IMG/VR virus record: IMGVR_UViG_3300017593_000402
Location: 64,001 to 128,000 of that record
Source: a virus
Reading direction: 5' to 3' (one strand)
DNA length: 64,000 nt
Within the stretch, counting starts at the first letter, position 1. Each line of letters begins with the position of its first letter. A program made the position numbers and the translations under genes. Shown here one piece after another: positions 8,503 through 18,009 of this stretch. The notes under the pieces were generated by a model. The model saw only the letters and a list, made by a program, of their open reading frames with translations. It had not been told where the DNA came from and searched no databases.

Positions 8503-10820
8503 CAATTTATGCGGCGTTGTTTCTCGCGAGCTACTTTTTGGCGGGGCCACCTAAGACTGAGGACAGTCCGGGCGACCAAAGTGCTAATGAAGTAAAGATT
8601 CCTCGCAACCGAGTTGGGCTGGCGATTCCCTCTGTTTTTGGAAGGGGCCAGGTTGCTGGCGTAATGATTGATATGGTTCCTAAAGTAGAGGCATATGGTC
8701 GTTTCAAGCGGTCATTTCAAGAGGTTGAACATAAGAAGAAGGTAGGTTCTGGTAAGGCTAAGGCAGAAATTACCTATTACACCTACGTGATGGTTGCTCG
8801 TTGGGCCTTTTCTATAGGCCCGGTCGATGAGTTTACGAAGCTAATCCTTGAGTCCACTCGAGTGGATGTAGATCACCCTTCTTCGGGGTGCGATCAGAGT
8901 GAACGAGGTAAGTACCTCGGGGGCTATTGGTACTATGGTACGTCTACGCAAACTCGACATTCTCACGACACCGCTCTTCATGACAGTTCCGACCTATTGA
9001 ACTATCGCAATGTGGCGTACGCTACACTAAATATTTGTTTAGGACAATCTCCATCTCCTATCCACCCACAATGTGAGTTGAAAAGGTTCGTTCAGCCCTT
9101 GACTTCACTTGGGAAGAAAGTTGGAGATGACGCTAATTTGATGCAAGTCCTTTACTACATTCTAACGAATCGATGGTATTTGAACATCCCGGAAAGTTTG
9201 GTCGATAAAGATTCGTTTATAGAGGCAGGTAATGTTCTTGCGTCGGAGGGAATTGGAGGTTCATATGTAGTTTCAACTTCAGCCGACCTAGGACAGGTAA
9301 TAAGAGAGATCTTAGATTGGTGCGGGGCCAAGCTTTATTGGTATCAAAACAAAATTTGCGTTAAGGTAATTAGAAATACAGGGGCTGCAACGTTGACTTT
9401 AACTGATGATGACATTGACAACTTGTCACTCGAGGGGAATCTTTGGACCGCAGTTCATTGTGCAGCTTCGCTGGAGTGGATTGATCCTCACAATGATTAT
9501 GAGACGAACTGGATTTATCAGGTTGACCACGGTACCGAAGCAGTTGCAGGTAATTTTAAACTAAACGAGTTTAGTTATAGGATTATTGCTTCTGATACTA
9601 TTGCAAAGAAAGTGCTTGATCGTAAGATGACTGAGGTTACGTTCCCCCGTATTAAAGCTACTTTCACGACTACTGTGTCTATCGAACCTTACCAAATCAT
9701 TGAGATTGATTCTGACCAGTTTGGAGTAACGGGTACATTTAGGGTTACATCAATTGTTCGAAAGGGAGTGGGCGTTTACGAGCTTGAGGCTATAGAACTT
9801 GTTGAAGCAGAACCTGTTGACATGTCAGACGTTCCTTCTGTTGGTCCAGGAGTAGTTACGCAGGACTTCGAGAGTAGTTGGATTTCCTGGGGTTATCTCG
9901 AAAACCCAATTGGAGGTGTTTACTTCTGGTGTAAACCTGATTTAAGCAATCCTTACTTAAAAGGTTTCTCGATAACCTTGAGTTACGACTCTTTAGAGCT
10001 TTCTACGGCAGAGATTTTGGTTAACTACTTAGGGACGCTAACTCACGATGTTCCTGTTACTCATAAGACTTCTAGGACTTATCAGATCGATGTTACTAGT
10101 GACGTCGCTTTTTCACTACTTGGATCTAGTGATGCTGGTTGGTTCGCTGGTTCTTTGTTATTACTGATCAATAACGAGATAATTTCTGTTAGAGATGTAA
10201 GTGTAGATGAGAGTGGATACCATTTTGTAGGAGTAATCAGGGGATTCTTCAAGACAATCATCTCTTCACATGCTGCTGGAACTGACGTGTTCTATCTGAA
10301 TTACAACTCTCCCGTTACTACGGATAGAAATACGTTTGCGCCTCTTGCTAACCAAACCCTCGATATTGACATGACCCCTCGACATCACTTCCTTGGAGCG
10401 GAAATCGACGATACAGAACACGCGGAGACAGACTCCTTTACGTACAAGGGTAATCCTTTTAGGCCATTGCCAATCTGTAATCTCCAGGTTAATGAGCAAG
10501 GTAATAATCACCGCGTTTCTTCGGGCGATGACGTCAGCATTAGTTGGAGGAACCAATCTAGAGATGGGGCGGGGTTTCATTTCCCAAGTCAGCAAAAGCC
10601 ACAGGATCCTACTCCTGATTATGACCAGATCCGGTTAGAGATTTATGATGGTACCACGCAGGTGAGAGAAGAGATATTAGATGGCACAACTACGTCGTAT
10701 GACTACACGTCCGCGCTGCAATCTTCAGACGGCGTGCTTAACAAGAACTTCACGATTAAAATTACGCCAAGGAACAACGTATGTGAGGCGGACACTGTTG
10801 AACTAACAGTACTACGCTGA
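8481..10820 (+). CDS. large tail-tip protein (GTA/host-specificity J-like central tail protein)
   Basis: Hydrophobic N-terminus, G.AIP.VFG motif, Y.GT.TQ, YRNVAY, RG.F.T...H.AG motifs; follows BR0599 and NlpC genes. Confidence 0.8.
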   Translation: MAVFATLAIYAALFLASYFLAGPPKTEDSPGDQSANEVKIPRNRVGLAIPSVFGRGQVAGVMIDMVPKVEAYGRFKRSFQEVEHKKKVGSGKAKAEITYYTYVMVARWAFSIGPVDEFTKLILESTRVDVDHPSSGCDQSERGKYLGGYWYYGTSTQTRHSHDTALHDSSDLLNYRNVAYATLNICLGQSPSPIHPQCELKRFVQPLTSLGKKVGDDANLMQVLYYILTNRWYLNIPESLVDKDSFIEAGNVLASEGIGGSYVVSTSADLGQVIREILDWCGAKLYWYQNKICVKVIRNTGAATLTLTDDDIDNLSLEGNLWTAVHCAASLEWIDPHNDYETNWIYQVDHGTEAVAGNFKLNEFSYRIIASDTIAKKVLDRKMTEVTFPRIKATFTTTVSIEPYQIIEIDSDQFGVTGTFRVTSIVRKGVGVYELEAIELVEAEPVDMSDVPSVGPGVVTQDFESSWISWGYLENPIGGVYFWCKPDLSNPYLKGFSITLSYDSLELSTAEILVNYLGTLTHDVPVTHKTSRTYQIDVTSDVAFSLLGSSDAGWFAGSLLLLINNEIISVRDVSVDESGYHFVGVIRGFFKTIISSHAAGTDVFYLNYNSPVTTDRNTFAPLANQTLDIDMTPRHHFLGAEIDDTEHAETDSFTYKGNPFRPLPICNLQVNEQGNNHRVSSGDDVSISWRNQSRDGAGFHFPSQQKPQDPTPDYDQIRLEIYDGTTQVREEILDGTTTSYDYTSALQSSDGVLNKNFTIKITPRNNVCEADTVELTVLR

Positions 10821-10832
10821 GGAGGTTAGTAG

Positions 10833-11681
10833 ATGGGATTCTTAGAGCCTTACGAGTTTGAGGAGATGGGGAATGTAATTGGATGGGATGCTATTTGCAC
10901 AGGAAACACTCAAAAAGTAAGAGATGCAATCGGTGCTCCTTGTTATTCGGTTACAGCTGGAGAAAACCTCTCTAAAGGACAAGCTGTTTATATCGCAAGT
11001 GATCAAAGGGCTTATAGAGCTAGCAATACTTCTGACAGTACCATGCCTTGTGTAGGGTTTGTCTATAAGGATGCATCTGCAGGTAACGATGTGTGGATAC
11101 AGTTTGACGGGCGTGCCGCGCTGTTTTCAGGTCTTACAGTTGGGTCTAAGTATTTCGTAGGTACAAATGGAGGGATTACTTCTACACGGCCTACTGGGTC
11201 GAATATAGTTCAATGTGTTGGGATTGCTGTTTCTTCAACCACACTCCTGCTCGTATCTTTGGGGTGCGACTTTGCTAGCACTAGGACGGCAGAAGTAGGA
11301 GGTTTACATATAGTAGGGGCAAGTGACAGCTTTGGAACCGCTCAGGTGATTGATGTTGATGCTTCCCAGAGCGACCCATCTGCTATTACGTCTACTGCAG
11401 TTACCTATGCCGATGCTGCGGCTGTTACTTTAGGAGACGCAGACTTAACGTATGACGCGAATGAGAGAGACTTGATTAACGATCTGAAATCCAAATATAA
11501 CGATCTTGTACCTCTGGTAAACGAGATAAAGAGTGACTATAATGCGTTAAGAGCTGATGTTACTTCTATCCACTCTGTCTTGATAGGGACTATTGATTAC
11601 TGTGATGCTTTAAAAGCGAAAATTAACGAATTACTAGGAGAGCTCCGTAAGACCGGTGGTTGCGGAGTTTTGAATGATTAG
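10833..11681 (+). CDS. virion fibre/decoration protein (DUF2190-like N-terminal domain plus coiled coil)
   Basis: TAGENLSKGQAVYI...GLTVGSKYFV...G.ITST.P...VQ.VG.A motif; C-terminal heptads. Confidence 0.55.
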   Translation: MGFLEPYEFEEMGNVIGWDAICTGNTQKVRDAIGAPCYSVTAGENLSKGQAVYIASDQRAYRASNTSDSTMPCVGFVYKDASAGNDVWIQFDGRAALFSGLTVGSKYFVGTNGGITSTRPTGSNIVQCVGIAVSSTTLLLVSLGCDFASTRTAEVGGLHIVGASDSFGTAQVIDVDASQSDPSAITSTAVTYADAAAVTLGDADLTYDANERDLINDLKSKYNDLVPLVNEIKSDYNALRADVTSIHSVLIGTIDYCDALKAKINELLGELRKTGGCGVLND

Positions 11682-11693
11682 AGGAGGTAGCTT

Positions 11694-12107
11694 ATGATAG
11701 AGTATCCTGTTGTTGAAATTGTAAGGCTAGAGGAGAATGAATCTTACGGCACCTTTGGAGTGCTTCGTATTCAGAAGCAAGTCTTTTGTGTGACTCTCGA
11801 ACCTGCGGACCGATTCAATATGCCCGGAGTTTCATGTATTCCCGCACAGCAGTACATATGTAGAAGGCACGTTTCTAGCCGGTTTGGGGAGACTTTCATA
11901 GTTACAAATGTACCGGGCCGTGTTGGTATTCTATTCCATCCGGGCAATGAAGTTGAAGATACTGCTGGGTGCATTCTTTTGGCGGAACATTATGGGAAGT
12001 TACACGGTGATAGAGCTGTGCTGAATTCGGGTAAGACGTTCAAGAGGTTTATGGAGGTTATGAAGGACTTTGATAAGTTTCATTTGACAATTCTGGAATG
12101 TTATTAA
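11694..12107 (+). CDS. DUF5675-family protein, putative endolysin (L,D-transpeptidase-like)
   Basis: TFGVL...CVTLE...CIPA..Y...VPGR.GILFHPGN...DT.GCILL signature; lies upstream of a holin-like gene. Confidence 0.75.
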   Translation: MIEYPVVEIVRLEENESYGTFGVLRIQKQVFCVTLEPADRFNMPGVSCIPAQQYICRRHVSSRFGETFIVTNVPGRVGILFHPGNEVEDTAGCILLAEHYGKLHGDRAVLNSGKTFKRFMEVMKDFDKFHLTILECY

Positions 12108-12562
12108 AGGGGGTTAAATTGGTGAAAAGAGTTTTAATAGGAGTATTATTGTTGTTTTTAATGAACAGTTCTCTTTGCCTGGCGAAGAATCGGATTACTT
12201 GGCTTAGTTTGCTAAACAACAAGCATTTCTCTGCTGGTGAAGTTGTTTCCACTCGAGTCCTCGATCTTGATAAACTACGCGCTACAGGGTACTTTTCGTT
12301 ACAAGTGACGATTACTGGAGGAGGTGTTTACACTATTAAGGAGAAGTGCAGTCTCGATGAACAGTTTTTCAGAACCCCCGAAGGAGTCCCAGATATTGCG
12401 ACTGAGCTTACTTCTACTTCTGGTCCGGAGAGCGACGGCCATTTGTTTATACCAGTTGATTTGGGTGCAATGACGAAGTATTTGCAGTTTGAGGTGGTTG
12501 AAACTTCTGGGACTTCCGGAGGTACTGTAACAATTCTATTGGGGATAACTGTGGATCGATAA
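12098..12562 (+). CDS. exported beta-rich hypothetical protein
   Basis: Basic then hydrophobic signal-peptide-like N-terminus (KRVLIGVLLLFLMNSSLCLA); true start probably GTG near 12122. Confidence 0.5.
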   Translation: MLLKGVKLVKRVLIGVLLLFLMNSSLCLAKNRITWLSLLNNKHFSAGEVVSTRVLDLDKLRATGYFSLQVTITGGGVYTIKEKCSLDEQFFRTPEGVPDIATELTSTSGPESDGHLFIPVDLGAMTKYLQFEVVETSGTSGGTVTILLGITVDR

Positions 12563-13039
12563 GTGATGGTCAGGAAAGTCCTTTCAATTAGTATATTGCT
12601 CTTGGCGATTTTTACAACAAGTGTTTGTGCTCAATGGGTGCGTAAACGTCAATTCGTCTCAGACTCTACAATTACTGTCGCGTGGAACGCTCCTATAGTG
12701 CTGTCTACAGGTGACCCGATTCCAACTGATGCTGTTTTAAAGTACCGGGTTTACATTCGAAGAGTTGGGTCTCCTCCGCGAGAGATTACTTCTGCTCCTA
12801 TTACAGAGACTCAATTTACGTTCGCTCCTCCTAAAGTTGACTTTTGTTTTATTGGTGTACGTGCAGTACTTTACGATTCTAACGGAGTTCAAATTAGTGA
12901 ATCACCTATCGCGTGGTCGTACGACCTTAGAGTAGCAGCTAATGGTCGTACGTTCGGGATGCGTAACTATTCCTCGAAGTTGATAACTATATTGGGGCGA
13001 AGACCTCGATGGGGCCAGCTTTGGCATCATCGATGGTAA
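12563..13039 (+). CDS. exported fibronectin type III-like protein
   Basis: Signal-like N-terminus; ITVAWNAP...LKYRVY...FIGVRAV...ES pattern of FN3. Confidence 0.5.
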   Translation: MMVRKVLSISILLLAIFTTSVCAQWVRKRQFVSDSTITVAWNAPIVLSTGDPIPTDAVLKYRVYIRRVGSPPREITSAPITETQFTFAPPKVDFCFIGVRAVLYDSNGVQISESPIAWSYDLRVAANGRTFGMRNYSSKLITILGRRPRWGQLWHHRW

Positions 13040-13075
13040 AAAGCACACTAAATTCTAAAACAGGAGGTAGTTAAG

Positions 13076-13291
13076 ATGGAGATTAAACCAGGATACAAAA
13101 CTACTGAGTTTTGGGTAACTGTAACAGCGAAAGCAATTGCCCTGCTTGCGGCTCTAGGTGTGTTTACACCTGAGCAAGCTTCTGTGGTAACTCAAGCGAT
13201 TACTCAACTAGCCGGAGTAGTGGGAGTTGTAGCAGCTGCATTTGGCTACTCTCTGGCAAGAGGTTCTGCTAAGAAAGGGAGTCAACAATAG
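13076..13291 (+). CDS. holin-like membrane protein
   Basis: KPGYKTTEFWVT N-terminal motif, two hydrophobic segments, basic tail; AGGAGG RBS. Confidence 0.7.
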   Translation: MEIKPGYKTTEFWVTVTAKAIALLAALGVFTPEQASVVTQAITQLAGVVGVVAAAFGYSLARGSAKKGSQQ

Positions 13292-13547
13292 AATACTAAC
13301 TCGCATTAGGGGGTAGAAGAGTGTTTACGAGGCTGGTGATCGCTTTAATCTTGTGCTTTTTTCGTGTTTGTTAGTCACGCTCTGGGAGTAGCACGTACTA
13401 GCGCCACTCCCAGACCCGGTCCAGTAAGACCTACAGCACTTAGGGTACTTCATTAGGTGAGTCAGACCGCTTTGAATCATCGGCAGAGCTTTACACGAGG
13501 GTACAACTGTATTACAGCTATTATCTTCAATTGGGAGGTCCGAAAAA

Positions 13548-14090
13548 ATGGCCGAACTATTAGTCAAGTCTAGTGATACGACAAACCCCGATCCAATAAA
13601 AGATTTACGCGGATGCTACAAAAAGGGTGACGTTGTAGTTGTGAAGCCAGATGGATGGAAATGGGGGAAAGAAGAGTTGAACAAGAATAAGTTCTACATT
13701 CTGTGTGTGCCTGACAAAGAAGTCGATGAATTAAAGTTTTTGACAAAGGAAGATGAAATTGTGCTGGGAAATCGGTACATTGCTGAGTCTCCTGAATTAG
13801 GAGTAATGGCAGAAGGTCCTGATGCAGAGACAGCATCTAAGACTTGCCAAACCCTAGCTGATGCTGTTCTGAAGAGATTACAAGACCACGATTTATCTCC
13901 TAGTTACCAAATCGTAACAAGAATAGAACCTATCAGACACGTTGTGGCCAGGCGCAGACATAGGATCAACATTGAAGATATTGAGGACATCCTACAAAGT
14001 GAGGTAGTTGCTGAAGTAACCAGTGACAAAATCAGCGTAACAGACAAACCTCAGAAAATATCAGCAACCTTAGCGAAGCTGGCTAAGTAA
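13548..14090 (+). CDS. hypothetical virion-associated protein
   Basis: GGAGG RBS; YKKGDVVVVKPDGWKWGKEE motif; abuts the following fibre gene. Confidence 0.5.
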   Translation: MAELLVKSSDTTNPDPIKDLRGCYKKGDVVVVKPDGWKWGKEELNKNKFYILCVPDKEVDELKFLTKEDEIVLGNRYIAESPELGVMAEGPDAETASKTCQTLADAVLKRLQDHDLSPSYQIVTRIEPIRHVVARRRHRINIEDIEDILQSEVVAEVTSDKISVTDKPQKISATLAKLAK

Positions 14091-14091
14091 A

Positions 14092-16185
14092 ATGGCAACT
14101 GAAGTTGTAAAGATAGTCGATACAGGAGGAAGTGGAGATTACTCATCTCTAGCTGCTTGGGAAGCAGACTTCGGGAGCTGTACCCAGTCGAACTACCCTT
14201 CTATGTCTGGAGACGGTGACCTTGTGGGAGCGGACTTGATCGCTGTTGCTGATTGTAGGTGTTCAACTGGGGATGAGGATGATAGTGCAGTTACTATTGA
14301 TGGATGGACTTCTGTAGACTCGGATCACTACATTAGGATTTGGACCGATCCAGATCAGGGGTACAGACACCCAGGGAAATGGGATGACACAAAGTACAGG
14401 CTTGTGCTCTCCGAAGGAACTATTTTTGACATACAAGAAGAGTATGTGAGACTTATTGGCTTACAGATGAAAGGAACGAGATCGACAGGGTCTCAGTTGT
14501 TGATACATACATATTACACAAGCCGTTATCTGCGGGTCGAAAAATGTATCCTCTGTAGAGAGAATGCTGGTGGAACAGTAAATACTGGAATTGGTTGTGA
14601 TAATTCTGCTGTACAAATTTATTTGGTCAATAATCTTTTTTATGACATACCTCAATATGCCATTCGTGGAAACGACTATTACTACTTATACAACAATACT
14701 ATTATCAACTGTGGTACTGGTGTAGATGGTGGATCATCAGGGTATTGCAGAGCTATCAACAACATTGTTGACTGTACTACTTGTTTTGTTGGGACTTTTG
14801 ATTCATCTTCTGATTACAACGTATCTTCAGATAATACAGCTCCAGGGCCAAATTCAATCCACAACGCTACAGTTACTTTTGTAGATGCAGCTAATGATGA
14901 CTTCCATCTAGATGCTTCTGATACAGTAGCACGAGACGCAGGTACTGACCTTTCATCCGATCCATATTTAGCTTTCACTGACGACATAGACGGCGAGACC
15001 CGCTCTGCACCTTGGGACATTGGAGCAGATGAGTATGTGAGTGGAGGAGGTGAGATCGTTGTAATATCTGATAATGGCTCTGGTTCTGATTCTTTGCTCC
15101 AGATAACAACGTTACTTTCTATAAATGATACTGGAACGGGTTTAGATTCTACTCCCAACCTCCAAGCTTCTTTGGACCTTTCTGAGCAAGGGTCAGGGGC
15201 TGATTTTTTATCCCAGCTTTCAGCTTTGTTAAATATAAATGATTCTGGTTTTGGGGAAGATAATTTACCTTCTATACCTGTTTCAGCTTTTGTATCAGAT
15301 ACTGGCACTGCTTCTGATTCTATTTCTTCTTTGACCGTTACTTTTTCAATTTCCGATGCAGGAGTAGGCTCAGATAGCCTTTCAGTATTAAAGGAACTTC
15401 TTAAAACCATTTCTGATTCAGGCATCGCTTCTGATCTAATAGCTTCTGTTACTGTAAATGTGTCTGTTCCTGATTTTACGTTAGGCCAAGACAATATAAG
15501 CGGTATATCAGCAACTTTGACATTGTCAGACACAGCGTCTGGGTTAGACGCAATAATAGTTTTAAAAGAGCTTTTAAAACAAGTTATTGATAGTGGATTG
15601 GGAGCGGACAGTGTTTCTTATTTAAACGTATCTTTTGGTCTATCTGATACTGGCAAAGGCAACGATATTTTATCTTCTATTTCTGCTAGGATTCCTATAT
15701 CAGACTTTGGTTTCGCTGTAGATGTAATTTCTGTTTTAACAGAAATAATCAAAAGTATATCCGAATCAGGGCAAGGCACAGACTCGCTTTCTTCTATTTC
15801 CGCAAATTTAGGTGTGACAGATGGTGCAATTGGGACCGATTCTGTTGGAATAAATGTATTTTTAACTGTTTCTGATGTTGCAACTTCAGCGGAAATTTTA
15901 ACGATAGCCAAAACTGCTCTAAAAGTAATAACTGATGGTGGAGTAGGATTAGACATATTAAGTAGTGTTGTAGTTAATGTTCCAGTTAAGGATTATGGGC
16001 AAGGACTTGATCTTATTACGCAAATAATTACAATATTATCTATAATTGACTTAGGAGTTGCTACTGATGTAATTTTAAGATATGATACTGCTGTTAAGTT
16101 AGTTAGTATCTCTTTTAGGCTTAAGAAATCAAATATTGAGTTTGGGCTTAGAACTAATGAAATTGAGTTTAAACTTTACACTTAG
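14092..16185 (+). CDS. tail fibre/spike-like protein: beta-helix domain plus SDxGxGxD repeat region
   Basis: GDYSSLAAWE start, parallel beta-helix-like YNNTIINC/NNIV, DFHL...A.DAG...DIDG.TR...WDIGADE motif, then roughly 15 repeats of ~20-22 aa. Confidence 0.65.
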   Translation: MATEVVKIVDTGGSGDYSSLAAWEADFGSCTQSNYPSMSGDGDLVGADLIAVADCRCSTGDEDDSAVTIDGWTSVDSDHYIRIWTDPDQGYRHPGKWDDTKYRLVLSEGTIFDIQEEYVRLIGLQMKGTRSTGSQLLIHTYYTSRYLRVEKCILCRENAGGTVNTGIGCDNSAVQIYLVNNLFYDIPQYAIRGNDYYYLYNNTIINCGTGVDGGSSGYCRAINNIVDCTTCFVGTFDSSSDYNVSSDNTAPGPNSIHNATVTFVDAANDDFHLDASDTVARDAGTDLSSDPYLAFTDDIDGETRSAPWDIGADEYVSGGGEIVVISDNGSGSDSLLQITTLLSINDTGTGLDSTPNLQASLDLSEQGSGADFLSQLSALLNINDSGFGEDNLPSIPVSAFVSDTGTASDSISSLTVTFSISDAGVGSDSLSVLKELLKTISDSGIASDLIASVTVNVSVPDFTLGQDNISGISATLTLSDTASGLDAIIVLKELLKQVIDSGLGADSVSYLNVSFGLSDTGKGNDILSSISARIPISDFGFAVDVISVLTEIIKSISESGQGTDSLSSISANLGVTDGAIGTDSVGINVFLTVSDVATSAEILTIAKTALKVITDGGVGLDILSSVVVNVPVKDYGQGLDLITQIITILSIIDLGVATDVILRYDTAVKLVSISFRLKKSNIEFGLRTNEIEFKLYT

Positions 16186-16194
16186 GAGGCAATT

Positions 16195-16710
16195 ATGGTC
16201 GTAGAAAAAGGCGGACACAAAAGTAAGTGGATAATAACTCGTTATCCTAATGAAGAGGCTTTTAAAAATAAAACCCCTAGTCCAGTAATAGATGCTGAAG
16301 GCCGAGAGTTACCCGCAGTTTCGGTTGTTGAGGGTAATATTTTATTGAATGTAGGTATTGGCGAGATGTGGGATTTGATTTGCGGTCTAGGTTCTCCTAC
16401 TGCTTATGATAATACTAATGCTGAGTTAGGAGTAGGAAACGGAACAACTGCTGCTGATGCTTCTCAGACAGATTTGCAAGGAAGTAGCACTGCTTGGCAA
16501 TCAATGGCAACAGGATACCCACAACGTTCTGGTCAAACAGTGACTTTTAGGGCTGAGTTTGATGGAAGTACAGCTAATTTTAGTTGGCAAGAGTTCGCTG
16601 TGAGGAATGGTTCTACAGCTAACAAGTTGATGAATAGGAAAGTAGAAGATCAGGGAACAAAAGCTTCGGGCCAAGTGTGGACTCTTGAGCTTCAAATAAC
16701 TTTGTCATAG
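16195..16710 (+). CDS. virion structural protein (tail/fibre-associated)
   Basis: GVGNGTTAA...QTDL...ANFSWQEF.V.N...NRKV...GTK.SGQ.W.L motif common in phage structural clusters. Confidence 0.55.
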   Translation: MVVEKGGHKSKWIITRYPNEEAFKNKTPSPVIDAEGRELPAVSVVEGNILLNVGIGEMWDLICGLGSPTAYDNTNAELGVGNGTTAADASQTDLQGSSTAWQSMATGYPQRSGQTVTFRAEFDGSTANFSWQEFAVRNGSTANKLMNRKVEDQGTKASGQVWTLELQITLS

Positions 16711-16717
16711 AGGGTTT

Positions 16718-17035
16718 ATGAAAAATATAATAAACGAAAATAGCACAGCCTATTTATCTCTGACTTTCAAGAACAAAGAAGGGGAAGTAGAAAGCCCTCA
16801 GGCTGTGACTTATAGTATTCATTGTTTGACTAACGACATAGAAATAAGAGGAGATACTTCGGTGTCTCCAGGGCCTTCAATTGAAATTGTTTTGTCTCCT
16901 ACTGAGAATAGAATTATTGATCCTAATAATAAATATGAACGCCGTTTAGTTACTGTTACAGCTACTTATGGTCCTGATGAGAAAATAACTGGGCAGTATG
17001 AGTATAAGGTTTTGAATTTGAAATATATTTCGTAG
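16718..17035 (+). CDS. hypothetical virion-associated protein
   Basis: Co-oriented, tightly packed ORF with GAGG RBS. Confidence 0.5.
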   Translation: MKNIINENSTAYLSLTFKNKEGEVESPQAVTYSIHCLTNDIEIRGDTSVSPGPSIEIVLSPTENRIIDPNNKYERRLVTVTATYGPDEKITGQYEYKVLNLKYIS

Positions 17036-17069
17036 TATGTTAATAACTTATTAGCTAATAGGAGGTTTT

Positions 17070-17999
17070 ATGCCAGTACCAATCGCAGTAAAAAAACAAG
17101 CAGATAAAGCAAGAGACCTTGAGAAAAAATTACTTGATAAAGACAAGGATGATAATAAGGACGATAAGCCTCAGACAGGCGAACCTACTCAACCAGAACC
17201 TTCTTCTACAGGTTCTCAATCTTCTTCAGAACCTGCAACGCCTGCTGAACCTGAACCTAAACCAGAACCTTCTTCTGACGTATGGGAACAGAGATATAAG
17301 ACTTTACAAGGTAAATACAATGCAGAAATTGGAAGATTACAGGATGTGCTAAAGACAATGCAGGCCGAAAACGAATTTCTTAAAGGCAAATTGGCTACTC
17401 TAGAAGATATGGTTAAAACTCAATCTGTGTCTAATCCTCCTGCTCCTTCTCAGCAGGAAGACCCTTTGGCTGTTATTAAGGATACATTGCCTGAAGTATA
17501 TGATGCTCTTATTAAGTATACGTCTCAATTTGTTAAGAAAGATGAAATTCCTGATATAGAAAAAACGGTTGAAAATAAAGTTCAGCCACTTGTTCAAAGT
17601 ACGTTTCAGGCTACATTAGCAAGTCTTGTACCCGATTGGGAGACACTGAACACTGACCCTGATTTTATTGAGTGGCTTCAGCGTCCAGCCCCCTATTCGG
17701 ACAAGACTTTGCATGAGTTAATGTTGGAATATTTTAATCAAGGTGATGCTCATAAAGTAGCTCAATTTTTCTTAGATTATAAGAAAGAAAAACAGGCTAC
17801 TAGCCAGCCCTCGGCTAACGTTGCACCTCCGAGGAGACAGGCTGCCGTAACACAACCGCAGAGTCCCAGACTGATAAAGCGGGACGAGATAGTTCAGTTT
17901 TATAGGGATGCTGCGTTAGGCAGGTACTCTCCTGAACAAAAAACTCAAATGGAGGCCGAGTTTATAAAGGCCATCCGAGAAAATCGTGTGATAGATTAG
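17070..17999 (+). CDS. capsid scaffolding protein
   Basis: Pro/Glu-rich N-terminus, WEQRYKTLQGKYNAE coiled coil, VPDWE.LN.DP.F.EWL motif; directly upstream of the capsid gene. Confidence 0.75.
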   Translation: MPVPIAVKKQADKARDLEKKLLDKDKDDNKDDKPQTGEPTQPEPSSTGSQSSSEPATPAEPEPKPEPSSDVWEQRYKTLQGKYNAEIGRLQDVLKTMQAENEFLKGKLATLEDMVKTQSVSNPPAPSQQEDPLAVIKDTLPEVYDALIKYTSQFVKKDEIPDIEKTVENKVQPLVQSTFQATLASLVPDWETLNTDPDFIEWLQRPAPYSDKTLHELMLEYFNQGDAHKVAQFFLDYKKEKQATSQPSANVAPPRRQAAVTQPQSPRLIKRDEIVQFYRDAALGRYSPEQKTQMEAEFIKAIRENRVID

Positions 18000-18009
18000 G
18001 AGGTCAACT

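Noticed and set aside
12098-13039. Two exported proteins as spanins
   Set aside because: No convincing lipobox or coiled-coil periplasmic domain; they look beta-rich/FN3-like.
14814-15956. Long minus-strand ORFs (239 aa, 112 aa), plus similar ones at 18268-18780 and 33428-33868
   Set aside because: Antisense shadows of repetitive or biased plus-strand genes; no RBS or motifs.
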